DNA from: the human T2T-CHM13v2.0 reference genome, Homo sapiens
DNA length: 64,000 nt
Assembly (NCBI RefSeq): GCF_009914755.1
Contig: NC_060936.1
Reading direction: 5' to 3' (one strand)
Shown here: piece after piece, positions 1-13,363 of the stretch
Layout of the letters: the number at the start of each line of letters is the position of its first letter
Position numbering within the stretch: the first letter of the stretch is position 1
The notes under the pieces: generated by a model
Database searches by the model: none
Seen by the model: the letters and a program-made list of their open reading frames with translations, nothing else
What the model was told of the DNA's origin: nothing
Program-made: the position numbers and the translations under genes

Positions 1-42
1 TATATATAATGTAATACATATTATATATTATGACATATATTA

Positions 43-89
<47 letters not shown>
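1..89. repeat. (TA)n microsatellite / AT-rich low complexity
   Basis: Long tatata run. Confidence 0.95.
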
Positions 90-90
<1 letters not shown>

Positions 91-139
91 GGCCTATAAA
101 AACCTTCTGCTTAATCTATATTTTTTTCTACATCCGATA

Positions 140-345
140 GCTTAATGGAGAGGACCCTGAAGATCTATAAGAGGTAGAATTACAAGACAGAAGGAGCCTA
201 GGCCCCTGAGTTGCTATTAGGGGGATTAATAGCTGACTGAGAACACCTGCATGATACTAATGCATGAGTTAGAAATAAACTTTTATTGTGTACAGTCTCT
301 GAATTTGGGACTGCTTGTTACAAATGTTAGCTTATCTTGACTAAT
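140..345 (+). mobile_element. MLT1-type (MaLR) LTR 3' fragment
   Basis: agaaataaacttttattgtg...ttgttaca...gactaat, typical of an MLT1 end. Confidence 0.6.
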
Positions 346-490
346 CTAAGTACTAAGTTTAATATAACCTTCCTAGATTGATCATAATTACCTACTTTTC
401 AAAAAAGTACCCCATAAAAAAGATTCCAAAACTGTATTTATTAATCCATTTAAGTATAAACTCTCTCATTTCTGTGATTAGAAATAATAG

Positions 491-642
491 CTTTGTTCAA
501 TCGCTTACATTTATAGTCTTCAAAATATGTGAGTGGTAATAATACCCCAAAAATATCAATTTCTCTTAAGAGATACTTTAATGAACCTAGAGAAAACTAT
601 TAGGCATAGGGTATGAAAAGATCTCAGGGATCCCCGTCACTG
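491..642 (+). pseudogene. Pseudo-exon: LCSIAYIYSLQNM*VVIIPQKYQFLLRDTLMNLEKTIRHRV*KDLRDPRH(W)
   Basis: aataatag|CTT...CACTG|gtaagg; phase 0 to 2; two TGA stops. The acceptor position is less certain than the donor. Confidence 0.6.
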
Positions 643-1074
643 GTAAGGACAGTGCTCGAGCCTTCCACAGCAGGCTGCTGTTTACAGAGGCTGTCATAAG
701 ATGGGGATACTGAGGTTCAGGCCTGCTGAATGTTGCAAAAGAGGGACCAAGCTTTGAGTTCCTTGATGCCTTAGAAGCAGTATGGCACTTGTCACTACTC
801 TGTGATTTGTATTTATGTCACAACCTTACCACTTCCTGTTTTCATCCCCAAAAAGAGCTTTTGGGAGAAAAACAAGACCACAAAGTGTAGAAGGCCGACT
901 GTGCCCCTTTCTTCTTGTACTTTCTCAACGTACATTCACTAGGCACCCACTACGTATACTTCTCTGTGTGTGCATGGTGTGTGTGGTGGAATAGTTCAAA
1001 TAAACATGATAAGCAGAGCTGCTTCCAGGGAAGTTTTTAGGCTGTTGAGATTTGACAATGCAAACAGCTGTTTA

Positions 1075-1290
1075 AAACACAGTACGGTGTAGAAAGGACA
1101 TTGACTTTCGTGAGACAGACCTGGGTTCAAATTCTGGCTCCATTAATGACTATGGTTTAAACATGGGCACCTACTTAAGCACTTAAATTCAGTTTTCCTA
1201 ACTGCAATTTTTCAGGATGGTTATAAGAATTAGAAAATTTTCCAGCATGGTGCCTGGAAAATAGTGGCTGCTTAATTAGTGATAGCTATT
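1075..1290 (+). mobile_element. MIR SINE
   Basis: agacagacctgggttcaaattctggctc core. Confidence 0.7.
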
Positions 1291-1500
1291 CTTATATAGG
1301 GAGACAGCACACACATATGCACACATGCATGCACACACACACGATCAGTTAAATATATGAGAAATGGCAATAGACAAGTCTGGAGGAGGGGAATAACATT
1401 GGGCTGATATAGATGAAAAAAGAACAAGGCTTCCTTTTAGAACATTTATCATTTCTAATATAATAAGGAAGCCAGATCTAAATGGGCGACTCTCCTGCAG

Positions 1501-1585
1501 GTATCACCAACAAAGAATAAAAGGAGAAAGGAATTCACTGTTTCAGAAGAAACATTTTTATATCATATGAAAAAATTTTGAGCAG
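1501..1585 (+). pseudogene. Pseudo-exon: YHQQRIKGERNSLFQKKHFYII*KNFEQ
   Basis: ctctcctgcag|G...GAGCAG|gcactg (GC or decayed donor). Phase 2 to 0, linking exons 491-642 and 6520-6667. Confidence 0.55.
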
Positions 1586-2226
1586 GCACTGTTGACTCAT
1601 ACAGACACATTTGTGTGTGTGTATGCATGTGTGTGTGTGTATGAAGGATAGATCATAAAAATTGTTCATATGTTCGGGAACAAAATTAGGACATATTTTC
1701 TAAAATTGTAGAGATCCAGAGTTAGAAGAGGATCTTTCAACCCAAATAAATCATTTCACAATCAAAGTGACAGACTCAAAGAGGTGAAATGACTTGTCTA
1801 AGGCAAACAACTAGGAAATAGTTGAGCCAGGACTTGAATCTTGATCTGGATTTCCAGTCCAATGCTTTCTAGTCAAGAAAGGAGTTATTCCATGATGCCA
1901 CTGAATAGACCTTTTTGGAGGGTCTTAGTTCCATTTTATAGGTGATAAAAATGAGGCCAACAGAATGATAATGATGGTTACCATCTATCAACCACCTACC
2001 TTGTGCCAGGCACTGTTCCAAGCACTCTCTTTGATAATCTTCACCACAACCCTATGAGATTGGAAATGAGGCACAGGAAGCTAAGTGACTCACATAAGTA
2101 GTAAGCAGTAGAGCAAGAATTGACACCAAGGCTGTCTGGCACCAATGCACATGATCTTAACCACTACTTTATACTAACAGATTGGATTCCTGCTCTTAAT
2201 CTTTTTGATAAAATATGATGCACATT

Positions 2227-2652
<426 letters not shown>

Positions 2653-3945
2653 TCAGAGTTCTGCACCTGTACATATGATCTCAGGTAAAGCATGCAGCAT
2701 AATGCTGGCCCACAAAAGATCAATGAAACAAAAGTTGGTCATTTGAAAAGATAAAGTTGACAAACCTTCAGTCAGACTAAGAAAAAAAGGGAAAAGACCC
2801 AAATAAACAAAATCAGCGATGAAAAATAGACATTATAACTGATACCACAGAAATTCAAAGGATCATTAGAGACTATTATGAGCAACTATATGCCAATAAA
2901 TTGGAAAACCTAGAATAAGTGAATAAATCCCTGGATACATACAACCTACCAATATTGAACCATGAAGAAATGGAAGACCTGAAAAAAGCAATAACATGTA
3001 ATGAGATAAAAGCAGTAATAAAAATTATCCTATCAAAGAAATGCCCAGGACCTCATGGTTTCACTGCTGAATTCCATCAAACATTTTAAGAACTAATACT
3101 AATCCTACTCAAACTATTCCAAAAAATTAAGGATGAAGGAATACTTCCAAACTCGTTCTACAAGGCCAGTATTGCCCTGATACCAAAACCAAACAAAGAC
3201 ACAACAAAAGAGAGAAAAACTACAGGTCAATATCTCTGATAAACATAGAGGCAAAAATCCTCAACAGAATATTAGAAAACTAATTTCAACAACACATTTA
3301 AAAGATCATTCATCATGATCAAGTGGGATTCATCCCAGGAATCCAAGGGTGGTTCAACATATACAAATCAGTTAATGTGATACATCATATCAACAGAATA
3401 AAGGACAAAAACCAGATAATCATTTCAATTGATGCCAAAAACACATTCAATAAAATCCAACATCTCTTTATGATAAAAACTCTGTCAAAAAATAGAAAGA
3501 GCATACCTCAACATGATAAAAGACATATGCAAAAAACCGATAGCTAGTATCATACTGAATGGGCAAAAGCTGAAAAAGCCTTTCCTCTACGATCTAGAAC
3601 AAGACAAGGATACCCACTTTTACCACTGTTATTCAACATAGTACTGGAAGTCCTAGTGGGAGCAATTAGACAAAATAAAGAAATAAAGGACATTTAAATT
3701 GAAAAGGAAAAAGTTAAATTATCATTGTTTGCAGATGACATAATCTTAGATTTAGAAAAACCTAAAGACTCCACTAAATAAATCTATTAGAAATGATAAA
3801 CAGTTTCAGTGAAGTTGCAGGATACAAAATCAACATACAAAAATCAGTAGCATTTCAATATGCCAAAAGGTAACAATCTGAACAAGAAACAAAGAAAGTA
3901 ATCTCATTTACAATAGCTACAAATAAAGTAAAATACCTAGTATTA

Positions 3946-4285
3946 GGCCTGGGGCAGTGGCTCATGCCTGTAATCCCATACTCTGGAAGGCTGAGGCAGG
4001 CAGATCACCTGAGGTCAGGAGTTCAAGGCCAACCTGGCCAACATGGTGAAACCCCATCTCTACTAAAAAGTATAAAAATTAGTTGGGCATGGTGGTGTGT
4101 GCCTGTAGTCCCTGTAGTCTCAGCTAGGGAGACTAAGGCAGGAGAGTCACTTGAACTTGGGAGGTGGATGTTGCAGTGAGCCAAGATCACACCACTGCAC
4201 TCCAGCCTGGACAACAGAGAGAGACTCCATCTCAAACAACAGCAGCAACAACAACAACAACAACAACAACAGAACAAAACCAAAA
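3946..4285 (+). mobile_element. Alu within L1, tail decayed to (CAA)n
   Basis: Alu dimer; TSD ctagtatta. Confidence 0.93.
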
Positions 4286-5228
4286 AACTAGTATTAAATA
4301 CCTAGTAGTAAAATATCTTTTTAATCAAACAAGTTAAAAATCTCTACAATAAAAACAATAAAATATTGACAAAAGAAATTGAAGAGGACACAGACAAATG
4401 GAAAAGATATTCCATGTTCATGATTTGGAAGAATCAATATTGTTAAAATGTCCATACTACCCAAAGCAATCTATAGATTCAATGCAATCCCTATCAAAAT
4501 ACCAAGGACATACATCACAGAAACAACAACAAAAAAATCCTAAAATTTATATGGAACAACAAAAGACCCAGAATAGCCAAAGCCATCCTGAGCAAAAAGA
4601 AGAAAATTGGAGGAATCACATTACCTGACTGTAAATTATAATACAAAGCTATAGTAACCAAAAGAGTGTGGTATTGGCATAAAAACAGACAAATAGACCA
4701 ATGGAGCTGAATAGAGAACACAGAAAGAAATCCATACATCTACAGTGAACTCATTTGCAATGAAAGTGTCAAGAACATACACTGGGGAAAGTACGGCCTC
4801 TTCAAAAAATGGTGCTTGAAAAACTGGATATCCATATGCAGAAGAATGAAACTAGACTCCTATTTCTTACCATGTACAAAAATCAAATCACATGGATTAA
4901 AGCCTTAAATCTAAGACCTGAAACTATGAAAATACTAGAAGAAAACATTGGGAAAACACTTTAGGACATTGGTCTGGGCAAAGATTTATTGAGTAAGACC
5001 TTAAAAGCACAGTTAACCAAAGCAAGAAAAAAAAAAAAAAAAAGGACAAATGGAATCACATCACACTAAAAAGCTTGTGCACATCAAGGGAAACAATCAA
5101 CAAAGTGAAGAGATAACCCACAGAATGTGAGAAAATAGTTGCACACTATCTGTCTGACTAGGGATTAATAACCAGAATATATGAAGAGCTCAAACAACTC
5201 AATAGGAAAAAAAAAACAACCAATAATT

Positions 5229-5525
5229 CTTTTTTTTTTTCCCAAGACGGAGTTTCGCTCTTTTACCTGGGCTGGAGTGAAGTGGTACCATCTCGGCTCA
5301 CTGCAACCTCCACCTCCTGAGTTCAACCGATTCTCCTGCGTCAGGCTCCTGAGTAGCTGGGACTATAGGTCCATGCCACCACACCTGGCTAAATTTTGTA
5401 TTTTTAGTAGAGACAGGGTTTTACCATGTTGGCCAGGTTGGTCTCGAACTCCTGACCTCAGGTGATCCACCCGCCTCAGCCTCCTAAAGTGCTAGGATTA
5501 TGGGCATGAGCCACTGTACCTGGCC
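5229..5525 (-). mobile_element. Alu within L1
   Basis: Antisense Alu dimer. Confidence 0.93.
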
Positions 5526-6519
5526 ATAATTGATTTTTAAAAAGGCGAAAGATCTGAATAAACATTTCTCAAGACATACGCATGGCCAATAGGTAAATAA
5601 AAAATGCTCAACATCACTAGTTATCAGAGAAATCCAAATCAAAACTATAATGTGATATCATCTCTCCATAAATGGCTTTTATCCAAAAGACAAACTATAA
5701 AAAATGCTGGTGAAGTTGTGGAGAAAGGCGAACTCTTGTATACTGTTGGTGTAAATGTAAATTAGTACAGCTACTATGGAGAACAGTATAACATTAAAAA
5801 AAATAAAAATAGTACTACCATATGACCCAGAAATCCCACTACTCTGTATATATCCAAAAGAAAGAAAATCAGTATATCAAAGAGATATCTGTACTCAGCA
5901 ATATTCACAACAGCCAAGATATGGAATCAACCTAAGTGTACATCAGTGAATGAAAGGATAAAGAAAATGTGATCCTTATACACAATGGAATATTACTCAA
6001 CCATAAAAAGTAAGATCCTGTCATTTGCAACAACATGGATGGAACTAGAGGACATTACGTTAAGTGAAATAAGCCAGGCACAGAAAAATAAATATTGCAT
6101 TTCCTCACTCATGTGGGAGCTAAAAAAAAAAGACAACTCACGGAGACAGAGAGTAGAAGGATGGTTACCAGAGGCTGGGAAAGGTAACAGGCAGGGGTGG
6201 ATAAAATGGGACTTGTTAATAAATACAAAAATACACTTAGATAAAGTGAATAAGAGCTAGTATTCAGTAGCATAATAGGGTGACTATAGTTAACAATAAT
6301 TTATTGTATATTTAAAAATAACTAAAAAAAGTGGAACTAGAATGTTCCTAACACAAATAAGTGATAAATAGCTGAGGTGATGGATGCCCTAATTACCTGA
6401 TTTGATCATTACACATTATATGCTGGTATCAAAACATCTCATGTATCCCATAAATATATATAACAATTATGAACTCATGAAAATAAATAAGTTAGCTTAA
6501 AAATGCTAGCTTTTTATAG

Positions 6520-6667
6520 GTCCTCAATATAGTGGAAAAAATGGTAAGCAGTAGGAATAAATATGTAATGCTAGAAAGAACCGAGAAATTTTTAAGGAGT
6601 GGGGCTGCTGGTAGCAATATTCCTTGTCTGTATTTGGACAAAAATGTTTGTGTTTTTGCAAGGCTGG
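6520..6667 (+). pseudogene. Pseudo-exon: VLNIVEKMVSSRNKYVMLERTEKFLRSGAAGSNIPCLYLDKNVCVFARL(G)
   Basis: ctttttatag|GTC...CTGG|gtttgc; stop-free; phase 0 to 1; overlaps track ORF 6532-6720. Confidence 0.7.
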
Positions 6668-6996
6668 GTTTGCTTTATTTAAATATAAACAAAAACAAAA
6701 CAAAACAATTAAAAAAATAATAAATAAATATAAACAGCAACTGTCTACATAAACTTTCACATACCTGTTGGAAAGAGGACAATTTCTCTAGAATTATACA
6801 TCAGTCAAAAAAATTATTGTGTAATATAATTTACCTGTCTGTTTAAGCCATCCCATTGCAAAGCAGGGACACAGTCCTTGTGAATAAAAAGCAGACTAAA
6901 ACAATTTTCACTTTCAAGTCAGTTCTTTCATAAAGGAATAAAACAGTGAAATCACAAAATTTCTTCATTCTCTTCCACCATATGGGTTTCTTTGAG

Positions 6997-7115
6997 GTTT
7001 AATAATATTATAAATAAAGCAGCACTGAGATGAAATACAAAACAGTGAACAACAATTTAGAAACATTTTGAAGGAGCAAGTATTATATTCTAGCGTTGCC
7101 AGGCTTTCAGCATAA
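6997..7115 (+). pseudogene. Pseudo-exon: LIIL*IKQH*DEIQNSEQQFRNILKEQVLYSSVARLSA*
   Basis: gtttctttgag|GT...GCATAA|gtaaga; phase 1 to 0, matching both neighbours. Confidence 0.65.
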
Positions 7116-7247
7116 GTAAGATAGAAAACAGAGCGCGAACTCTCATTTGTTCTATCAAGAAAGCATAAATATTGGGTTCTTATTAAGACATCCTCTTGCA
7201 GCTGTACACCAGCTCTCAACTATTAAAAAAGATTCTTAAATTCCCAG

Positions 7248-7460
7248 GGAAACAAAAGTCAATTTCAGTCATATAAGTTTGCATATAAACTTTGCTTTAT
7301 TCCAAACATTTTTTCATCAAGGAATTTGGAACAACAATTTTTTGAAAGAGAGTCTTCAGTTCACCTATTACACCATTATAAATATTTGAATGACCTCCAG
7401 CAACTTTGCTTAGAAAATTTCAATGTCTGTATAACATGCCAATGACAGCGCAGCACTAGG
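7248..7460 (+). pseudogene. Pseudo-exon: GNKSQFQSYKFAYKLCFIPNIFSSRNLEQQFFERESSVHLLHHYKYLNDLQQLCLENFNVC...
   Basis: aaattcccag|GGA; 65 stop-free codons in phase 0. The 3' end is uncertain (a frameshift is needed to reach a phase-2 donor at 7461). Confidence 0.7.
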
Positions 7461-7552
7461 GTCAATACATTTCATTATTTGGCAAGATAACCACTCATAG
7501 CAATAGATTGAAATTCAGATTGTCATTTTCATGTGTTTCACTTTCATCACAG

Positions 7553-7651
7553 CACACTGGATGGTTGCTCTTGACTTTTCTTGCCCTCTTGGCAAGATAC
7601 TCATTTGTCAGATTATATTAAAATTTTGTTTTATCTGTTAAAGCTTAGAGA
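7553..7651 (+). pseudogene. Pseudo-exon: TLDGCS*LFLPSWQDTHLSDYIKILFYLLKLR(E)
   Basis: tttcactttcatcacag|C...AGAGA|gtgagc; phase 2 to 2. Confidence 0.65.
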
Positions 7652-7805
7652 GTGAGCTAAGTGATACTGTTTTAATCCCAAATCAATATGTGTAGTCAGG
7701 TCTTGAAAGAATTCCAATCATTGTAGCCCTTGTTCATATTTTAGGTGGTTAATAATGCTATCGTGTCATTTTCCTTGGAGCTCATTTTATATATTCTGTT
7801 TGTAG

Positions 7806-7874
7806 GAATTATAGTGACAATTGATCACATAGCCTAAACAAGGAAATGGATGTGATATGCATTTTCTGGGTTTT
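7806..7874 (+). pseudogene. Pseudo-exon: NYSDN*SHSLNKEMDVICIFWV(F)
   Basis: attctgtttgtag|G...GTTTT|gtaaga; phase 2 to 2. Confidence 0.65.
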
Positions 7875-7944
7875 GTAAGAATCTTCACTGGCAAAGTGAA
7901 ATATTATATATATTTTCTTAAGCTTGGAGAAATAGAGTAGAGGT

Positions 7945-8120
7945 GTACTTCTCACACTTTAGTGAGCTTTAGAATCTCCTGGAGAGGTGGTTAAAACAAA
8001 CTTGTAGGTCTCATAGCCAGAGATTCTGATTCAGTAGACCTGGGTAGAATTTGAGACTTTGGGATAGATTCTCAGTTGTTGCTGATGTTGCCAATTCAAC
8101 TACCATCCTTTGAGAAACAA
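7945..8120. mobile_element. MER5A-like hAT-Charlie DNA transposon
   Basis: ttctcacacttt...agaatctcctggagag...agattctgattcagtag...ctttgagaaac. Confidence 0.65.
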
Positions 8121-8394
8121 TAAAATAATATGGAGTGGTCAATAGCAAAGGCTTTGCCATTAAACAATCTTGGGCTTAAATCCTGCTTTCTTGTTTAAAG
8201 ATTTGTTGATTTGAGGTAATTTATTTCCACTATTTTTAAGCCTTTGTTTCTCATCTGCTCATTAGGGGTTTTGTATGTATTAAATAAAATGATGACTGTC
8301 CAGCACTTGATATAGTGCTGATAATAAATGACAGCCACAGTTATTAGAAATGTGGTCATCTCTTTTGCTGGGATCTGTCTGGTTAACCACGCAG

Positions 8395-8504
8395 TGCTTC
8401 TGCTTCATATCTTGGTGTATTTGGCAAATTATTTGTCAGTTATGTCTAGATTAGGAGTTATCTGATTAGTGAGCTAGCAGCTATTCAAGACTTGAATTGC
8501 TCAG
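8395..8504 (+). pseudogene. Pseudo-exon: ASASYLGVFGKLFVSYV*IRSYLISELAAIQDLNCS
   Basis: ccacgcag|T (alternative in-phase acceptor before 8440)...TCAG|gtgggc; phase 2 to 1. Confidence 0.6.
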
Positions 8505-8633
8505 GTGGGCCCCAAAACACTTAAATATCTTTATCTTTGGGCTCTCCTTAAACAGGAACTCCAACTAAACACTGTACTAACATTTTGTTTGGTTCTGTCC
8601 TTTAAATTATTTTCCATGTAAATAACTTTATAG

Positions 8634-8770
8634 TTCCACAGTTATGTCTTCTTATGAATGATTTTTAAAAAATGAACATCAGCTTATTTTCAAAATCAAA
8701 CTCAAGTCTTTGGAGACTAATATCCTTTCTCTCCATATTTTGCTATTAAGAGGGCTGGTGTTCTGCCAAG
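8634..8770 (+). pseudogene. Pseudo-exon: (V)PQLCLLMNDF*KMNISLFSKSNSSLWRLISFLSIFCY*EGWCSAK; may extend to about 8993
   Basis: aactttatag|TT gives a phase-1 start matching the previous exon. The same frame reopens downstream (DFHCHANVEIGPQLHKAANSAGYVNWIYNEHVCEELLLNP). Donor uncertain. Confidence 0.55.
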
Positions 8771-9322
8771 GCAACGTATTAATAAATTTAAGCTTGAGAT
8801 TTTCATTGTCATGCGAACGTTGAAATTGGCCCTCAATTACACAAAGCAGCCAATTCAGCAGGATACGTGAATTGGATTTATAACGAACACGTTTGTGAAG
8901 AATTACTTTTAAATCCCTGATTTTGTGGTTTATTTCTAATTCGTTCAAAAAGCATGATCCAGCAGTCACAAAAGTCTCAGCCAATTCAGACCAAGTTTAT
9001 TTTGAGAAATACATGATTTTACTTTAGTCAAGTGTTAACAAATAAATTGGTTTTACATTTAATCATTTTTTCAGTTGTTCACGTAATACTAAATCCCATC
9101 TTGCTGGTAGGCACTGGGCTAGACACTAGGGAAAACACTTCATCCTCCCACAGCCTATAGTCTAGTGAAAAAGGTAAAAGTACAGCTGTTAGAACCTCAT
9201 TTTAACAGGCTGATAAGTCTCCAGTCCTTATTAGTTGATAAGTGTTAGAAAAATATTTGTGTTCATACCCAATTACCCATGAATCTATTAACCATCACCC
9301 AAAACTTCACACACTTCACTAG

Positions 9323-9397
9323 GTGGTGTCTTCTAGATGTGGTATCCTCCAGGGTGTCTAGCCAAAGGAGAACTTTACATTTCCTATGGTTGTATTC
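9323..9397 (+). pseudogene. Possible pseudo-exon: WCLLDVVSSRVSSQRRTLHFLWLY
   Basis: acttcactag|G...TATTC|gtaaaa; stop-free; phase 2 to 2. Confidence 0.4.
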
Positions 9398-9562
9398 GTA
9401 AAATGAACATAGAGACGGCAAATCAAGGCAGCTCTGTAGTTTGCAATTAGCTGTCACTTAAACTCTCTAGCAAAATGATGTGATTGAAGACAATAACAGT
9501 CTATACATTAAACTTGATTGGGGGGATTTTCATACAATGCAGAAATTTACATTCACATGATC

Positions 9563-9940
9563 TGTTATGAAATGAATGTTTGTGTTCTCTAAAAATGCAT
9601 ATGTTGAGGCCCTAATCCCTAATGTGATGCTATTTGGCAATGGGGCCTTTGCTAGGTAATTAGGGCTAGACAAAATCATGAGGGTTGGGGCCCTTATGAT
9701 GGGATTAGTGCCTTTATAAGAAGAAACACCAGAGAGCTTGCTCTGTCTCTCTCAACCATGTGAGGACATAGTGAGAAGGCTGCCATCTGCAAACCAGGAA
9801 TAGAGATCTCACCAGAAGCTGAATTGGTTGGCATCTTGATCTTGGACTTCCCAGCCTCCAGAATGGTGAGAAATAAATGTCTGTGGTTTAAGCCACCAAG
9901 TCTATGGATTTTGTTATGGCAGCCCTAGCCAACTAAGACA
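9563..9940 (+). mobile_element. MLT1A-type solo LTR with 5-bp TSD tgatc
   Basis: tgttatg...actaagaca flanked by tgatc on both sides. Confidence 0.88.
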
Positions 9941-11179
9941 TGATCTTAGAAAGATCACAGGGATTTGTACAAAATTACGGAAACGCTCTAAACTTATCTC
10001 TTATTATATCCAAATGGGGCCCCTCAACCCCAGTCTGCCAGGCCGGCTCTTTACCATTGCCTGAACACAATTTGCTCTTTCTTGCCTCTACTACATACTC
10101 CTCCTTGTGCTGTTTTCTTTACCCAAAATGCCCTCCCCCAATCTTCCACTTCTAGCTGAGAGGCTCATCTTTAAGAAATCTTGCCTGATTAGCCCTAGTC
10201 CTTTCCTAAATGATCCTTCATTACAAACTTCATGTTTCACCATGCACTCACATCTATCTCACTCTATTGTGTCCTTATGTTGGTTCAAGGCTGTAGGTCT
10301 TATCTCTTCAACTAGACCCTGAGCATTCCCAAGACAAGCCTAGGGTCTAGATGTTAAAAATCTTTTGTGTCCTCCACTGGCTCTCTTAGAGTATTGTGCA
10401 CATCAAATGGGAATAAAACTTACTGAATGAAAATTGGACTGGATGCCAAGAGCCAACAAATGTTCTAAGGCAAATGAATCAAGTAGTACGGGGAAGCACA
10501 ATAAAACCCTGAATCCAGAGGCTGTGGGTGCAGGGTGGGGTGAGAGTTGTTCTGGATAAGTGAGTTTAATGGATGGCTGAGGATTTATCTTTTTGAACAT
10601 CAAAAGTTTTACTTTTAATTATCTTGGATGGAAACATTTCCAGTATAGCAAACTTAACTGCGTTCTCAAATAGTGCATTATGAACATGATCCAGCCAGAG
10701 GACTCGGGGTTGTCATTAAAGCCTATAACGCTGAGAAGCCCTCAGGCCCCTCTGAGGTTTGCAGAACTGTTTGTCCCTATTCTAAATGGCTGCAGATTTC
10801 TGTGTTTTTATTGTTGTTTTGTTTTTTTGGCTCTTCTGAGTCCTCCCTTGCCGCTGTCCATCTCACTGATGTCCATGTGAGTGTGCCATTTCTATTCCCT
10901 GATCCTAATTTGCTGCTTCTCATCTAAAATGAGTTGGAAATCAGATGCCCAAGCTCACTGTGGTTGTTGTCATGATTATTATTGTTAGAAATGTGTGTAA
11001 ACGAAGAGAAAAGGGCTCTCTGTGTGAGGGCTTGCCGGAGTCTCCATGGCCAAACTGGGCAAGAGTCAAACACATCTATGTTGTGAACGCCGAGTTTGGC
11101 TGCTCCGAAGACTTTTAAATTTATCCTCTATTCTTACTTTTCTGTTCTGAAAATAAAACTTTCTGGATATATATGTTTC

Positions 11180-12185
11180 AGATAAATTCAGTCGGGTATT
11201 CAACAAATAACATTGTTTGCAAAGTGCAAGATGCATGCTAGGCACTGTATGATGACCCTCTAAAATGAACATTCTATATCTGTCTGGCTCACCATTTTCT
11301 ATATTGCATTAGCACAGCACAAATACTCAATAAAAATATTAGTTGAACAAATGAAATGAATCTTATAATTTGGGCAGTGATGAGATACTCACATACTACA
11401 CACACAAACAAGCTTACAATGTAAACTACAGAGCAAGTCATCATAGAGATACAACTAAAGTCTACACAAAGACCAAAAGATTATTTTCTGCTGAAAAAAA
11501 TCCAGAAGGACTGCCTGGAAGAGATAGTAGCTTTGACTGGGACTTGAAGGATGGTGTCATATTTCAATCAGCGAGAAGTTAGGGAAGTAAGAAAGGACAA
11601 GAACACTGCAGACAAGACCCAGATGCTAGAATGGGTAGGGTGTATTTGGGAGTTGATGAGTACATTTTGGCTGGAGAGCCTGTAGGGGAGTAGGAGGAGA
11701 TCACATTATAATGTTATATTGGGGTCAGAGCATGGGTGGGCCTTGACTATCAGGCTAAAGAATTTGGACTGTGTTTATTAGGTGAAGGGAAGGAGCTGAG
11801 GGTTTTTGAGCTGGGAGGCAACATGCTTAGACCTGGGCCTTAGAAACATCACCTTGATAGAAGTTGAAATTTAGGAGTTGAAGGGAAACAGGGCTAGAGG
11901 TGATTCCAAGGGTATAGGTGAGAAGTGATGTGGGCCTGAACTAGAATGTTGGCAATGGAAACAGCAAGGCGGAATAATTGCCAACGATGCTGCAGAGGTA
12001 GAATAAGAAAACTTGGCAATGTATTTGTTGTCAGGAGTGACACAGAGGGACACATTGAGTGTAATTCCAAGTAATGTCCTTTTGATAACTTAGAGAGTCC
12101 ACAAGAACAGGTTTTAGAGAGATGGTGATGAGTTTGATCTGGAATATGCTTAGGTATGAGAGTGAACTGTTGATACCTCTGCTGT
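11180..12185 (+). mobile_element. L2 fragments
   Basis: Purine-rich L2 3'-region motifs (ttgactatcaggctaaagaatttggact; gatgagtttgatctggaatatg). Confidence 0.6.
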
Positions 12186-12199
12186 AAAAACATGAATAA

Positions 12200-13083
<884 letters not shown>

Positions 13084-13224
13084 TCAGGCCACAAAAAGGC
13101 ATTAGAAGGTCCATGTCTCATTTTTAGTCCCTTCTTGATAGGACTATGGTAAAAAGTATTAATTCTTCTTTTCAAATGCTTCCAAGTGAACCTTTAAAAT
13201 AAAGCTTTTACTTCTTTTTCTAAG

Positions 13225-13363
13225 AGACTAGTCTTGATAAGACGGAAGCATTAATGCTCTTCAAAGTGTGAGCATTTTTGGACTAGCTCATGGAAGTAGC
13301 TGTAGATCCTCTCATCAGAAACAAAGGTGTTTTTGGATTAGCAGGGCAACTCACCAGGAATAA
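13225..13363 (+). pseudogene. Pseudo-exon: TSLDKTEALMLFKV*AFLD*LMEVAVDPLIRNKGVFGLAGQLTRN(K)
   Basis: cttctttttctaag|AG...AATAA|gtaggg; phase 1 to 2, matching the next exon at 14554. Confidence 0.6.

Larger units (their letters stand above)
2710..6490 (+). mobile_element. 5'-truncated old L1 (L1MA-like): ORF2 RT region to 3' UTR
   Basis: Track ORFs [30 protein letters not shown] and ILSFATTWMELEDI are L1 ORF2; L1MA-type 3' UTR. Confidence 0.92.

Noticed and set aside
4023-4283. ORF with a poly-Cys run
   Set aside because: Antisense reading of a (CAA)n Alu tail.
8679-8984. 101-aa - strand ORF (also 14751-14978, 15000-15236 and 36553-36774)
   Set aside because: Best explained as antisense shadows of the + strand pseudo-exons; no - strand splice architecture seen.
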